This document shows positions 1 through 10,467 of a stretch of DNA of 64,000 nucleotides, one piece after another (the stretch's first letter is position 1; every line of letters begins with the position of its first letter). The DNA lies in NCBI GenBank assembly GCA_963663165.1, contig OY760175.1, positions 4,224,001-4,288,000 on the forward strand, in the 5' to 3' direction. The notes under the pieces were generated by a model that worked only from the letters and a program-made list of their open reading frames with translations, had not been told where the DNA came from and did not search any database. The DNA is from an uncultured Desulfospira sp. Its GTDB lineage: Bacteria > Desulfobacterota > Desulfobacteria > Desulfobacterales > Desulfobacteraceae. Both the position numbers and the translations under genes were made by a program.

Positions 1-81
1 TTCAACCGCCCCCCTGACAATGGCTTCATTTCCCAGAAGCATGATGTTTTCACCGGGACTGTCCGTCAGTAGCTTGTGCAT
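1..81 (-). CDS. iorA: Indolepyruvate:ferredoxin oxidoreductase alpha subunit, N-terminus only (runs off the window edge)
   Basis: Manual minus-strand translation from ATG at 81 gives MHKLLTDSPGENIMLLGNEAIVRGAVE, matching the IorA LLGNEAIxRGAxE start motif. Too short for the ORF track. Confidence 0.8.
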   Translation of the reverse strand, partial: MHKLLTDSPGENIMLLGNEAIVRGAVE

Positions 82-224
82 AGGATTTTGAGTCCTTTCA
101 GTATGTTATATTTAAAAGTGTTTATGACTTAACAACATGGTGTTTGGACGAAGAGTTGCCCAGATGCAAGGCGCAGGGAAAGTTGCAACGCAGCAGATGG
201 GTGACTTTTCGTTCAAACACGGGC

Positions 225-560
225 TTAAGCGTATAGTTTTTCAGCATTCTCCAATGAGGAAGCATACCCCTTAAAGCCTTCAATATCCTCACAGGACTGA
301 ACCGAACTGGAGGCAAAAAAGCCCTCTACCATGGTCTTCTCCCCGAGGCGGATAAGCCCCATGAACAGAACGGGCACAAGACTGATGTTGTTTTTCCCGG
401 TCTGGACGGCAAAGTCCAGGGGACTGTGGGTATGGTAAACCGCATAAAGGTTATTGTTCTGGACCGGCATCAGCTGAACAATTTCAGGATGGCCATGATG
501 ATGGTCGTGGGGGTGATCATGGGAATGATCATGGGAATGGTTGCCGCAATGGTTGCACAT
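225..560 (-). CDS. Small hypothetical protein with an N-terminal CxxC and a His/Asp-rich tract (possible metal binding)
   Basis: Begins MCNHCGNHSHDHSHDHPHDHHHGH; AAAGG precedes the ATG. Confidence 0.7.
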   Translation of the reverse strand: MCNHCGNHSHDHSHDHPHDHHHGHPEIVQLMPVQNNNLYAVYHTHSPLDFAVQTGKNNISLVPVLFMGLIRLGEKTMVEGFFASSSVQSCEDIEGFKGYASSLENAEKLYA

Positions 561-576
561 GATTTAAACCTTTCGA

Positions 577-817
577 TTTAGCTGTTAGCGTTAAGCCGTT
601 AGCGGTTAGCTATTTGGACAAAGCACCGGGCTGAGCACTTGAGCCTGTCCCCAAGGTTCTCGCATTAAATTATAATTTTTATCTATATTCCCAAGGGATT
701 GCAAGGATCATTTTCGGTGACGCCGGGTTTGACGGTCAGCCGCCGCACATCAGCACCTTCAATGGTTCCATTCTGCCAACCGCTAACAGCTAACGGCTAA
801 CCGCTAATCGCTAACTA
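577..817. repeat. Two inverted arrays of GCTAACN-type heptamer repeats
   Basis: 577-615 TTAGCTGTTAGCGTTAAGCCGTTAGCGGTTAGC faces 779-815 CGCTAACAGCTAACGGCTAACCGCTAATCGCTAAC. Confidence 0.75.
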
Positions 818-1735
818 CAAATACGACTTAATATTCTCACGGGTAAACCGGTATGCCGAATTGCAGTTATGGCACCGGACTTCGATGGGGAAGGTCTCCT
901 GTTCCAGGATCTCTTTTTTTTCCTGTTCGGGCAGCCCTTTCAGATAACCGGCCATTTTTTCTAAAGAACACCGGCAGAAAAACTCAACCCTTGAACTGTC
1001 CAGGAGCCGGGGCTTGAGATCTGAAAATTCTCTGGTAACAAGGGCTTCGGGCTCCTCCCCGTCGGCAAAGGCCTGTCCTAGGGAATCAATTTTCTGCAAC
1101 ACCTTTTCGGCCCGGGCCGTATCATCCGGGTCTGCACCGGGCATGGCCTGGAGGAATATGCCGCCGGCGCCCCGGACTTGTTCATTTTCATCAAAATCCA
1201 GGCTGAGCTTGAACCCTGTGGGAATCTGCTCTGAAATCAGAAAATAATTGGCAAGGTCTTCGGCAATGCTGCCGTATTCCATGGCCACCTGCCCGGAATA
1301 GGGCCTGGCCGCCCCTTCAAGATATTTGGTAACGGTCAGTAATCCGGCCCCGAAAAGAGAGGAGAGCCCCTTGACCTGTCCGGGGTTTTCAACCTGGATA
1401 TGGCCGGTTTTTAAAAAGCCCCGGACCTCCCCGAATACATTGGCTTCAACATTGAGTCCCTTGATGGGTCCCGAGCATCCAATGGCCAGTCCCAGCCGTT
1501 CTTTTCCCTTAAGGCCTGAGGTCATCAGGATGGCGGCCATATAGGCCTGGCCCAGCACCAGGGTTTCCAGCGGGCCGAATTCATGGTTGGCCCTCATCTC
1601 GTTGACCATCCTGGTGGCATGAACCACCGCCCCTTTGATCCGGTCCCCGGCCATCATGAACCGGTACATTTTGTCTTTGGCCGACGCCTGGAACTGGGCT
1701 TTGATGTCCCTGTCGAAAATATCTTTTTTAATCAT
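815..1735 (-). CDS. hslO: Hsp33 redox-regulated chaperone
   Basis: C-terminal CRC...CHNC zinc centre, SEQIPT and AGGIFLQAMPG motifs. Confidence 0.93.
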   Translation of the reverse strand: MIKKDIFDRDIKAQFQASAKDKMYRFMMAGDRIKGAVVHATRMVNEMRANHEFGPLETLVLGQAYMAAILMTSGLKGKERLGLAIGCSGPIKGLNVEANVFGEVRGFLKTGHIQVENPGQVKGLSSLFGAGLLTVTKYLEGAARPYSGQVAMEYGSIAEDLANYFLISEQIPTGFKLSLDFDENEQVRGAGGIFLQAMPGADPDDTARAEKVLQKIDSLGQAFADGEEPEALVTREFSDLKPRLLDSSRVEFFCRCSLEKMAGYLKGLPEQEKKEILEQETFPIEVRCHNCNSAYRFTRENIKSYL

Positions 1736-2065
1736 GTCTTTAAATCACCGCATAGCAATTAACAAAACAGCCGGTTTCACCCGAAACCGGCGGGCATTTA
1801 TTCCTTTCCCGCTGCCTGGTCCAGCTATTATAAGGTGTTCATGAAAATTGTAAAGCCGGACAAAGGATCAAGAAGAGGGGAGGAGGCCGGAAACCGAAAA
1901 TCGGAGACCGGATGTTGCGAATTCTTTTATATGAAAGTCTCACTAACATCCTGAGAAGACTTTCGTTTTTTGTTGTGGGCGGTTCTTGGTTGGATAACCA
2001 AGGCGGCCCGTGGCCGTTAGTGGATATATCGGGGCCCTCCCCCGATTTTCCATTTTCGGTTTTGT

Positions 2066-2106
2066 TTGACAAACTATGTCCTATGGTGTACTTTTTAGTT
2101 GTACAC
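2066..2106 (+). promoter_or_regulatory. Sigma70 promoter overlapped by a palindromic toxin-antitoxin operator
   Basis: TTGACA (2066-2071), 17-bp spacer, TACTTT (2089-2094). The GTGTAC-N9-GTACAC palindrome (2086-2106) resembles Phd/YefM operators. Confidence 0.65.
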
Positions 2107-2127
2107 ATAACGCTAAAGAGGTATGGC

Positions 2128-2364
2128 ATGCCGGAAATAAATGTTAAAGAGGCAAGAAGCAACTTTGCCCTAATCCTTGACCGTGTTGAGAAGGGGGAAG
2201 AAATCGTCATTACCCGCAGGGGTAAACGGGTTGCCCGTATGATCAATTTCAATGAAGACCCCGCACCGCTCGAAAGCCTTGAACAGTTTAGAAACAGTAT
2301 TCATGTTAAAGGAAAGCCCCTAAGCCAGACAGTGATTAACCAGAGAGAAGCCGAACGATATTAA
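2128..2364 (+). CDS. Phd/YefM-family antitoxin
   Basis: MPEINVKEARSNFALILDRVEKGEEIVITRRGKRVARM is the family signature. AGAGG precedes ATG 2128; the ORF-track extension to 1912 is not credible. Confidence 0.9.
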   Translation: MPEINVKEARSNFALILDRVEKGEEIVITRRGKRVARMINFNEDPAPLESLEQFRNSIHVKGKPLSQTVINQREAERY

Positions 2365-2789
2365 TGGTATACATCGATACAAGTATCCTGGTGGCTTATT
2401 ATTGCCCGGAGAAAATAAGCCACAAGGTTGAAAAAATTCTGATTAAGACCAAAAGGCCGGCCATAAGCCAGCTTACAGAGGTTGAATTGAGCTCTGCTGT
2501 TTCCAGAAAAATCAGGGAAAATGAACTGTCAAAGGATGATGGAAACCGCATTTTATCCGTATTTCAATCCCATAAGGATAAAAACGGTTTTGTTTTTTTG
2601 CCGATACAGCCAAAACATTACTCAATGGCTATGGAATGGATCTCTGCCTTTGATACGCCATTGAGAACATTGGATGCGCTGCACCTTGCTGTTGCCCATA
2701 TTAATAAAATTTCCCTTCTGACAGCGGATATAAAATTTTTTGACTCCGCAAAATTATTGGGCGTAGAAGCCAGTCTTGTTACCCAGTGA
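2364..2789 (+). CDS. vapC: VapC-family PIN-domain toxin
   Basis: YIDTS, E, LRTLDALHLAVA and LLTAD acidic PIN motifs; start overlaps the antitoxin stop. Confidence 0.9.
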   Translation: MVYIDTSILVAYYCPEKISHKVEKILIKTKRPAISQLTEVELSSAVSRKIRENELSKDDGNRILSVFQSHKDKNGFVFLPIQPKHYSMAMEWISAFDTPLRTLDALHLAVAHINKISLLTADIKFFDSAKLLGVEASLVTQ

Positions 2790-2812
2790 TCCCATGACAA
2801 CCAAATTTACGT

Positions 2813-4210
2813 TTAATTCAGTTCAAGCCGGTTGGTGTCTCCGCCTAGGGCCTGGTAAAGGGTCATGAGGTTTTTGAGCTGGTTATACCGGTTTTCGGCC
2901 AGGGACAGGTCGGCGTTTCGCCGGGTTTCCTGCTGGTCCAGCCAGTCCTGGACCCCGGTGGTCCCTTCCCGGTAGCGGACCTGGGCCATGTGCTCGGCTT
3001 TTTTAGCCAACTCCAGGGACTTTCTTAAGGCGGTTTCCTGTTCCATATAATATTTGCGGTCCGACAGGCAGTCGGCCACGTCCTGCAGGGCTTCGTACAG
3101 GGTCTGGCGGAATTCGACCACGGCCTGTTCGTAATCGGTTTCAGCGATTTCCGTGTTGACCTTCATGTCCTGCCACTGGACAAAGGGCAGGCTGACCCCG
3201 GCGCCTAAGGCAGCCACGGGGTTGGACAAAATGTTTAACAGGGTGGTGCTGCTGGTGCCAAGGCTTGCGGTGAGGCTCCAGGTGGGGTAATAGCTTGCCC
3301 GGGTGGCATCGGCATCGGCCCTTAACTTACGAAGCCGCATTTCCGCGGCCTTAAGGTCCGGCCGGTTCCCGAGTACGGCGGCGGGAATGCCGGGGTCAAT
3401 GGCCGGCAGCGGCATGTCTGTCAGCCGTTTGGGGTCGGCCATAATCCCTTCCGGGGCCTGGTTGAACAGGATGGCCAGGGCATGGCGGGCCTGGGCCATC
3501 TGCCGGTTTAAACCGGAAAGCTCGGATTTCTGGCTTTCCACATTCTGCTGCGCCTGGACCAGATCCAGCTCGGAAACCGCCCCGGAGTTGTATTTGGAAC
3601 GGACGATCTTAAGGGTTTCCAGGGTATATGCGATTCCCTCCCGGCTGGTGGTGATGGCCTGGTTCAGGTAGGCGATCTGCCAGTAAAGTTCCGCCGTGGT
3701 GCCGATAAGGGAAAGGGCGGTATTGGCAAGGTCCTGGGCTGTGGCTTTGGCCTCCCATTCAGCAGAGTCCCGGCTGGCGGCCAGCTTTCCCCAGAGGTCG
3801 GGTTCCCAGCTTAAGCCTGTCGAGGTTGAATAACTGTTGGAACGGGTATGGGTTTCCAGGTTTTTCTGGGTACCTGCGCTGGCGCTGGCCGAATAGTCCG
3901 GCCCAAGACCGGTTTGCGCAAGTTCCAGCTGTAAGCGCGCTTTTTTAAGTTTAAAGGCGGCCACCGCCAGATCGTTGTTGGCCTCAAGGGCCCGTACAAT
4001 CAGTTCGTTAAGCTCAGGATCTTCAAATGTCAGCCACCACTGGCCGGCGTCAATGACCTGCTCCCCGCTGGCCGGCAGGATTTCCCATTGAGCCGGTACC
4101 TTGATGTCCGGCTCATGGTAAACCCCCCGGACATCGGCACACCCGCAGCAGAAAAGCACCGGCATGGCCAACATCAGCCAAAATCGCCAGATTTTATAAT
4201 TCATAACCAT
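2813..4210 (-). CDS. Outer-membrane efflux lipoprotein (NodT/TolC family)
   Basis: Lipobox-like CCGC, WWLTFEDPEL, WEPDLWGKL, RPDLKAAE and LYQALGG motifs. Confidence 0.9.
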   Translation of the reverse strand: MVMNYKIWRFWLMLAMPVLFCCGCADVRGVYHEPDIKVPAQWEILPASGEQVIDAGQWWLTFEDPELNELIVRALEANNDLAVAAFKLKKARLQLELAQTGLGPDYSASASAGTQKNLETHTRSNSYSTSTGLSWEPDLWGKLAASRDSAEWEAKATAQDLANTALSLIGTTAELYWQIAYLNQAITTSREGIAYTLETLKIVRSKYNSGAVSELDLVQAQQNVESQKSELSGLNRQMAQARHALAILFNQAPEGIMADPKRLTDMPLPAIDPGIPAAVLGNRPDLKAAEMRLRKLRADADATRASYYPTWSLTASLGTSSTTLLNILSNPVAALGAGVSLPFVQWQDMKVNTEIAETDYEQAVVEFRQTLYEALQDVADCLSDRKYYMEQETALRKSLELAKKAEHMAQVRYREGTTGVQDWLDQQETRRNADLSLAENRYNQLKNLMTLYQALGGDTNRLELN

Positions 4211-4262
4211 TATCTCCTTAAGCCGGCCTTGGCCCTCTTGTCTCTAGTCTCCAGTTTCTTGT

Positions 4263-6224
4263 CTATTCCCTTGCCAGGGCCTGAATCGGATCCAGACGGG
4301 CAGCGCCCCGGGCCGGCAGAAACCCGAAAAGCACCCCGATCACCGTTGAACAGGAAAAGGCCGCGACAATGGACAACAGGGAAAACTGCATGGATATGGT
4401 GGTGACAAAGTATGAAAAAATCACCCCCACCCCGAAAGAGAGAAGAATCCCTAAGGTCCCGCCGATCATGCAGACCAGGACGGCTTCGATTAAAAACTGC
4501 TGCATGATATCGGCCTGCCGGGCACCCACGGCCATGCGGATGCCGATCTCTCTTGTCCGTTCGGTCACCGAGACCAGCATGATGTTCATGACCCCGATCC
4601 CGCCGACAATCAAAGAGATCACGGCAATGGACGAGATCAAAAGCGTCAGGGTGGTGGTGGTCTTTTTAACGGTTTTCAGGATGCTGTCCGAGCTTCGGGT
4701 ATAGACATCCTTGGTGCCGTGCCGGGTGGTGAGAAGATGTTCGATGCCCTGCTGGGCAATGTCGTTGGACATGCCCTTGGCCACCCTCACGGTGATGGAG
4801 CTGAAATACCGCTGGCCTGAAATCCGGCTCATGACCGATGTATAGGGCATCCATACGTTGAGGTTCTCATCCTGGAATGCCGAATCCTTTTTGGCGGCCA
4901 CCCCCACAATGATCACGGGCACACTGCCGGCCAGGATGGTCTTGCCTAAGGGATCCCCCCCGTCGGCAAAAAATTTTTTCTTGGTGTTCTGGTCAATGAC
5001 CGCCACCTGGGACAAATTGGTGATGTCCCGCTCCATTAAAGACCGGCCGCTTTCAATGGTAATGTCCTTTACCCTGAAATAGGCCTGGGACACCCCTTTA
5101 ATAGAGGCGTTGGCCACCACATTGCGAAAGCGGACCTCTTTTCCCGAGGCAATATTGGGCGTTAAGCTGTCCACATAAACCTGGGCCTTGAGGGCTTCAA
5201 GGTCCGCCGGGACAAGGGTCTGGACCCGGCCTGACCGGATGTCTCCCCAGCCCGTGCCCGGATAGATGTCAATGGTGTTGGTGCCGATGGAGTTGATGTC
5301 GTCAATCACTTTTTTGCGGGCACCCTGGCCTACGGCCACCACGCTGACCACAGCCATGATGCCGATAATGATCCCGAGCATGGTCAGAAGGGTCCTCATC
5401 CGGTGGGAGGTCATGGCCAGCCACGCCATTTTAAAGGCTTCAAAAAACAGGCCGATCCGGGCCGCAACGGGGTTTTGTTTTCTCAGGGTTTCCGAGGCGC
5501 CTGGTTCTTTTTGAACCGGCACGGTACTGCCGGCTTCGGGGTTGGGCTCGTCAGACAGGATCTCACCGTCGGCAATACGGATAATTCTCTGGGCCCGGGC
5601 CGCGATCAGGGGGTCGTGGGTCACCAGGATAATGGTATGGCCCTGAAGGTGAAGCTCCTTTAGAATGGCCATGACCTCATCCCCGCTCTGGGTGTCCAGG
5701 GCCCCGGTGGGCTCGTCGGCCAGGATGACCCGGCCGCCGTTCATCAGGGACCGGGCAATGCTGACCCGCTGCTGCTGGCCGCCGGAGAGCTGTCCGGGGG
5801 TGTATTCGCCGCGGTCTTCAAGGCCTAACCGTTTGAGCAGGGCTGCGGCCCGGGCGGTCCTTGCCTTTTTGTGGATCCCGGAGTAAACCGCAGGGATTTC
5901 CGTATTTCCCACGGCATCCAGGTGGCTTAAAAGATGGTAGCTCTGGAAGATAAACCCGAAGTGCTCCCGGCGCAGGGCCGCCAGTTCATCGCTGCCCAGG
6001 GTCCCGGTTTCTTCCCCGTTGATTTTGTAGGTGCCGCCGGTGGGCCGGTCAAGGCATCCTAAAATATTCATCAGGGTGGATTTTCCCGATCCCGAGGTGC
6101 CCATGATGGCCACCATTTCACCGGAATGAATCTTCAGGTTAAGCCCCTTTAAAACCTTTACCCGGGTGCCGCCGGAGGGAAAGGATCGCTCAAGCCCCTC
6201 TATTTCAAGTAACGCCGTTGTCAT
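4263..6224 (-). CDS. macB: MacB ABC transporter (fused ATPase and permease)
   Basis: [18 protein letters not shown] and [28 protein letters not shown] motifs. Confidence 0.95.
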   Translation of the reverse strand: MTTALLEIEGLERSFPSGGTRVKVLKGLNLKIHSGEMVAIMGTSGSGKSTLMNILGCLDRPTGGTYKINGEETGTLGSDELAALRREHFGFIFQSYHLLSHLDAVGNTEIPAVYSGIHKKARTARAAALLKRLGLEDRGEYTPGQLSGGQQQRVSIARSLMNGGRVILADEPTGALDTQSGDEVMAILKELHLQGHTIILVTHDPLIAARAQRIIRIADGEILSDEPNPEAGSTVPVQKEPGASETLRKQNPVAARIGLFFEAFKMAWLAMTSHRMRTLLTMLGIIIGIMAVVSVVAVGQGARKKVIDDINSIGTNTIDIYPGTGWGDIRSGRVQTLVPADLEALKAQVYVDSLTPNIASGKEVRFRNVVANASIKGVSQAYFRVKDITIESGRSLMERDITNLSQVAVIDQNTKKKFFADGGDPLGKTILAGSVPVIIVGVAAKKDSAFQDENLNVWMPYTSVMSRISGQRYFSSITVRVAKGMSNDIAQQGIEHLLTTRHGTKDVYTRSSDSILKTVKKTTTTLTLLISSIAVISLIVGGIGVMNIMLVSVTERTREIGIRMAVGARQADIMQQFLIEAVLVCMIGGTLGILLSFGVGVIFSYFVTTISMQFSLLSIVAAFSCSTVIGVLFGFLPARGAARLDPIQALARE

Positions 6225-6232
6225 GGCTCAAC

Positions 6233-7471
6233 CTACATGGGCGGTGGTCCGCCGCCGCCGCCGGGGGGTGGTCCGCGAAACCCTCTTTTTTTCTTTTTTT
6301 CGTTGCTTTGCTCCGCCTGGACCGCCGATGTTTTGGAGTCTCCCACAATGACCTGTTCCCCTTCTCTGAGTCCTTCAAGGACCTGGACGTAAATATTGTC
6401 CTTTAAGCCCGTCCGGATCATGCGGGGCCGTTCATGGCCGTTTTCAAGCACCCGGACCTCATACCGGTCCTGGCCCATGCTGCTGCCCAGGACGGACAAG
6501 GGGATGGACAGGGCGTTTTTGGCCTCGCCCAGGATGATGGACACCTGGGCTGTCATGAAAATCCGCAGTTTGTGATCCGGGTTGGGGATGTCAAACCGGC
6601 CGTTATAATAGGTGGCCGAAGAGCTCATGGTGGTGGCGGAGGTATCTGAGTCGGTAATGGATTCCGGAGCCGGATCCACGGATTTGAGCTTGCTTTTGTA
6701 AATGGTGTCCGGATCGCCGAGGATGCTGAAGGTGACCGGCATGTCCGGTTTGACCCGGACCACATCGGCTTCGGAGATCAGGGCCTTGACCGTCATGGTG
6801 TTAAGATCGGCCAGGATCAGGAGGGTCGGGGCGCTCTGGGAGGAGACCAGGGTCTGGCCTTCATCGGTTTCAACCGCCACCACCACCCCGTCCATGGGGG
6901 CGGCAATCTGGGTGTAGCCCAGGTTGGTTTTGGCGGTATCCACGGAGATTTCAGCCTGGGTCATCTGGGCATCCAGGGCATCAATTTCCGCTTTGGTGGA
7001 GTCCAGGGTGGCCGCAGCGCTTTCAAGGTCCGCTTTGGCCGAGGCCCGGTCCTTGAACATGGCCTTCTGCCGCTGGTATTCCAGCTCATACTGCTTGAGC
7101 AGGGCCAGCTTGACCCGTTTCTGGGCCTTAATCCGGTAAAGCTCAGCCTGGGCGTCTTTTAAATCATTCTGGGGGACGGACGGGTCAATCACGGCCAGCA
7201 GCTGCCCCTTGGTGACACAATCCCCAAGGCCGACTTTCAAAGACAGGATCTGGCCGGATACCTGGGCGCCCACATCCACCTGCTTGCTGGCATTTAATAC
7301 CCCTGTGGAGGATACGGTTTCCTGGATGGTCTGGCGTACAACCGGCACGGTAACAAATACCGGTTCCGCCGGTTTAAACAGTTTGTCCCGCTCAACCCAG
7401 GCCCCGCCGGCCCCGGCAAGGATGAGAACCAGCAACACAAACGGCCAAATCCGTCGTCTCTTTTTCTTCAT
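6233..7471 (-). CDS. macA: MacA periplasmic adaptor
   Basis: QVDVGAQVSGQI and LGYTQIAAPMDG motifs; C-terminal GPPPM. Alternative start at 7492. Confidence 0.92.
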   Translation of the reverse strand: MKKKRRRIWPFVLLVLILAGAGGAWVERDKLFKPAEPVFVTVPVVRQTIQETVSSTGVLNASKQVDVGAQVSGQILSLKVGLGDCVTKGQLLAVIDPSVPQNDLKDAQAELYRIKAQKRVKLALLKQYELEYQRQKAMFKDRASAKADLESAAATLDSTKAEIDALDAQMTQAEISVDTAKTNLGYTQIAAPMDGVVVAVETDEGQTLVSSQSAPTLLILADLNTMTVKALISEADVVRVKPDMPVTFSILGDPDTIYKSKLKSVDPAPESITDSDTSATTMSSSATYYNGRFDIPNPDHKLRIFMTAQVSIILGEAKNALSIPLSVLGSSMGQDRYEVRVLENGHERPRMIRTGLKDNIYVQVLEGLREGEQVIVGDSKTSAVQAEQSNEKKKKRGFRGPPPGGGGGPPPM

Positions 7472-7692
7472 TATATTCAAACCTCTTTTCATCCGGGGCG
7501 TCCCGGCTGAAAAATACCATGGAAATTTAACTGTTATGCCATGGAAATCATAAAGCCGTCCCTTTTTTTAAAGACCCATGGGGACGGCCTTGGGTCCATG
7601 AACAAAAAATCTGTTGTTAAAATAAAATCAGCGCCATTATATTCAATAGATTTCATCAATTAACATAAAATTGACACATTCTGCCTAATTTT

Positions 7693-9384
7693 TCAGTGGG
7701 TACATTTGGAGATGGACATTTTTTTTGACCTGACCCATGTTTTCTTTAACAGGTGAAAAATCTCTTTGGGCATGCCGAAAGGCAGGTCCACCAATGCATA
7801 ATCATAGTCAATATTGATGGAACCGATATACTGGCTTTCAAGGCCCGATTCATTTGAAATGGCACCGACCACATCGCTTGGTTTTAGACCGTGTTTGTAC
7901 CCGACTTCAATCCGGTATCGCTCCATCCCCTTTTTGGCCGGGCCGATTTTATCGAGATCCAGGCGCGAAGGCCTCTGAGTCCGGTTTGGTTTAACCGGTA
8001 TTTTTTCTTTTTTCAGGTTCTTTGTAAAGCTGTTTTTATCAACCCGCCGGTCTGCCGTCTCATTCAGCAGAAAAGGCTCCCTGCCCTGAACCATCTTTGC
8101 CAGGGCCGCGGCCACCCGGGAAATGGGGACATCCTGTTCTTTTGCCACGGTTTCCACAATATCCGTGAAATCATTTACATCTTCCCCGCGCAGGGCCTGA
8201 AAAATTTTTTCTTTAAAATTTTTGACCCGGGTCTCATTGATTTCCCTGTTGGACGGCAGGAACATTTCTTCAACTTTCCGGTGGGTGGCCTTTTCAATCT
8301 GCCGTAACATCCACCGTTCTTTTTGCGCGACAAACAAAATGGCTTCGCCGGTTCGCCCCGCCCTCCCGGTTCTTCCAATCCTGTGGATATAAGGCTCTGT
8401 TTTGGGCGGCATGTCATAGTTGATGACATGGGAAATTCTGTCCACATCAAGGCCCCTTGCCGCCACATCCGTTGCCACAAGAATATCAATACTCCCGTTT
8501 TTCAGACGGTTCACCGTCTGTTCCCGGGCGGACTGGGCAAGCTCTCCGTTCAGGGCTTCAGCCTTGAATCCTTTTTCTTCCAACATCCGGGCAAGTTCCA
8601 TTGTGGTATTCCGGGTCCTGGTAAACACAATGACGCCATCATGGGATGACGCCTCCAGTATCCGGACCAGGGCATCATTTTTTGTAACCCCGTTGATCAT
8701 CCAGAATTTCTGGTTGATGGTGCTGGTGACATCGGCATCATGCTGGATAATAATCTCCACAGGATCTTTAAGGTACTTGCCTGAAATGTTTCGAATGGGT
8801 GCCGGCATGGTCGCGGAAAAAAGGGCCATCTGGGATGTTTCCGGGATTTGAGATAAAATCCATTCAACGTCATCGATAAACCCCATGTGAAGCATTTCGT
8901 CTGCTTCGTCCAGAACCACACCCGTAAGGCCGGCAAAGGAAATGGTTTTACGCCGCATATGGTCCATGAGCCGGCCCGGGGTTCCCACGACCACGTGGAC
9001 CCCCCGTTTTAACCGGCTAAGCTGGACCTCATAGCTTTGGCCGCCGTAGACCGGCAGGACATTAAGGCCCTTCATATGGGTGCCGTAGTCCTTAAAAGAC
9101 TGGGCCACTTGGATAGCAAGCTCCCGGGTCGGGGTCAATACAAGAACCTGGGGCCGTCTGTTGCCGATATCGATGTGAGACAGCAGCGGCAATGCAAAAG
9201 CGGCGGTTTTTCCTGTTCCGGTTCTGGCCTGACCGAGCAGGTCTTTGTGCCTCATCATATGGGGAATGGTCTTTACCTGGATGGGCGTTGGGGTGGTATA
9301 ACCGACCGTCTGCAATGCTGAGAAGACATCGGGATTCAGGCTCATTTCGTCGAACCGGGCCGGATTTAAATTTGGGGGAGACAT
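7693..9384 (-). CDS. deaD: DEAD-box RNA helicase with a DbpA-type RNA-binding domain (DeaD/CsdA)
   Basis: GTGKT, PTRELA, DEAD, SAT and HRIGRTGRAG motifs; C-terminal YRIEVG...IVGAI-like segment. Confidence 0.93.
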   Translation of the reverse strand: MSPPNLNPARFDEMSLNPDVFSALQTVGYTTPTPIQVKTIPHMMRHKDLLGQARTGTGKTAAFALPLLSHIDIGNRRPQVLVLTPTRELAIQVAQSFKDYGTHMKGLNVLPVYGGQSYEVQLSRLKRGVHVVVGTPGRLMDHMRRKTISFAGLTGVVLDEADEMLHMGFIDDVEWILSQIPETSQMALFSATMPAPIRNISGKYLKDPVEIIIQHDADVTSTINQKFWMINGVTKNDALVRILEASSHDGVIVFTRTRNTTMELARMLEEKGFKAEALNGELAQSAREQTVNRLKNGSIDILVATDVAARGLDVDRISHVINYDMPPKTEPYIHRIGRTGRAGRTGEAILFVAQKERWMLRQIEKATHRKVEEMFLPSNREINETRVKNFKEKIFQALRGEDVNDFTDIVETVAKEQDVPISRVAAALAKMVQGREPFLLNETADRRVDKNSFTKNLKKEKIPVKPNRTQRPSRLDLDKIGPAKKGMERYRIEVGYKHGLKPSDVVGAISNESGLESQYIGSINIDYDYALVDLPFGMPKEIFHLLKKTWVRSKKMSISKCTH

Positions 9385-9400
9385 GGTTTTCCTTAAAAGC

Positions 9401-9424
9401 AAAAAGGCCGGCAGCGCCGGCCTT
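9401..9424 (-). terminator. Terminator-like hairpin in the deaD 5' leader
   Basis: AAGGCCGGC-3 nt-GCCGGCCTT followed by a T run on the minus strand, just before the AAGGA Shine-Dalgarno. Confidence 0.5.
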
Positions 9425-9574
9425 CAATATCAATATTAATTCAAAACAACTTTAAGTATACGTATTTTAAATAAAATGCAAGCTTTATATTGAAATGTCC
9501 AGGGTGACCGCCTGTAACGTTCGTACCGGTAATGTCGATTCGGATGATAAGGATAATAATGTATATTGTTGAGA

Positions 9575-9655
9575 CTTGGGATATGGGATATGGGACTTGG
9601 GGAGGCCGTGGATGCCGCAATCCCCAGGTCCCATATCCCAAGTCCCAAGTCCAAT
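9575..9655. repeat. Inverted heptamer-repeat palindrome (GGGA(T/C)(A/T)T units versus CCCA(A/T)(G/A)T units)
   Basis: GACTTGGGATATGGGATATGGGACTTGGG ... CCCAGGTCCCATATCCCAAGTCCCAAGTC. Confidence 0.75.
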
Positions 9656-9864
9656 TTTTTGGAGATTAGCCTTATCTTCCATTATATTTTTTTTCTAAGG
9701 GGCCAAGATCCGGAACGAGTAACTCTGGGTGCCGTTGCGGCCAGCCTGTGTTCGGGCATCCTCGCCCGGTCAAATCAGTTTCCGCATCGCAGATCAAATA
9801 TATTTATCAAAAAATATATTTTTTGCTTGAAATTTATTTCATTGTTGATATATCTAGCCCCACT

Positions 9865-10389
9865 ATGACCATGAAAGTCGGAAATAAAATACGTCATGCC
9901 AGGAAAAAACGGGGCATCAACATGAAGGATTTTGCCAAAATGGTAGGCATCAGTTACCTGACCCTGCACCGCATGGAAACGGACCAGGTCAGTCCTTCAG
10001 TGGCCCTGTTGTCGGAAATTTCCCACCACCTGGGCGAACCCATTGTCAATTTTTTTACCAATCCTTCCAAGTTGACCCTTATTAAAAAAGGAACCGCCCC
10101 GGAGATTTCTTCTGACAAGATGTGCCTTGAACTGCTTCTCCCTAAAGGCGTCATCAGCGACAATATCTCCGTGTCAAAAGTCAGCCACAAGATCGGAGAG
10201 GTTGTCAGTGAGCATTCCCACAAAGGGTTTGAACTTACGTATATTTTAAAAGGCAAAGCGACTTTCAACTACGACGGCGTTGACTACGAGACCGCTGAAG
10301 GGGACCTGATCTACTTTGATGCCGCCGTACCCCACTCTGTGGTTGCAGACGAACCACACCAGATTTTGTCCGTTTATTTTAGAAAGTAG
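9865..10389 (+). CDS. XRE-family HTH plus cupin transcriptional regulator
   Basis: N-terminal HTH_3 (IRHARKKRGI...); cupin motifs HSHKGFE and FDAAVPH. Confidence 0.9.
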   Translation: MTMKVGNKIRHARKKRGINMKDFAKMVGISYLTLHRMETDQVSPSVALLSEISHHLGEPIVNFFTNPSKLTLIKKGTAPEISSDKMCLELLLPKGVISDNISVSKVSHKIGEVVSEHSHKGFELTYILKGKATFNYDGVDYETAEGDLIYFDAAVPHSVVADEPHQILSVYFRK

Positions 10390-10467
10390 TTTGTGTTTGA
10401 ACGAAGCGCTCTATCGAGCCGTTCAAACACTAGGTTAAAGCTGATCATTGAATGCAAGGAGGGCCCT

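Noticed and set aside
577..817. Short repeats as a CRISPR array
   Set aside because: The units are 7 bp with no unique spacers, and there are no cas genes in the window.
1912..2127. N-terminal extension of the antitoxin ORF
   Set aside because: It overlaps the promoter and operator; the family match begins at ATG 2128.
7555..7597. Alternative hairpins upstream of macA as a regulatory switch
   Set aside because: The stems are short (6-8 bp) and equally explained as a deaD terminator region or chance.
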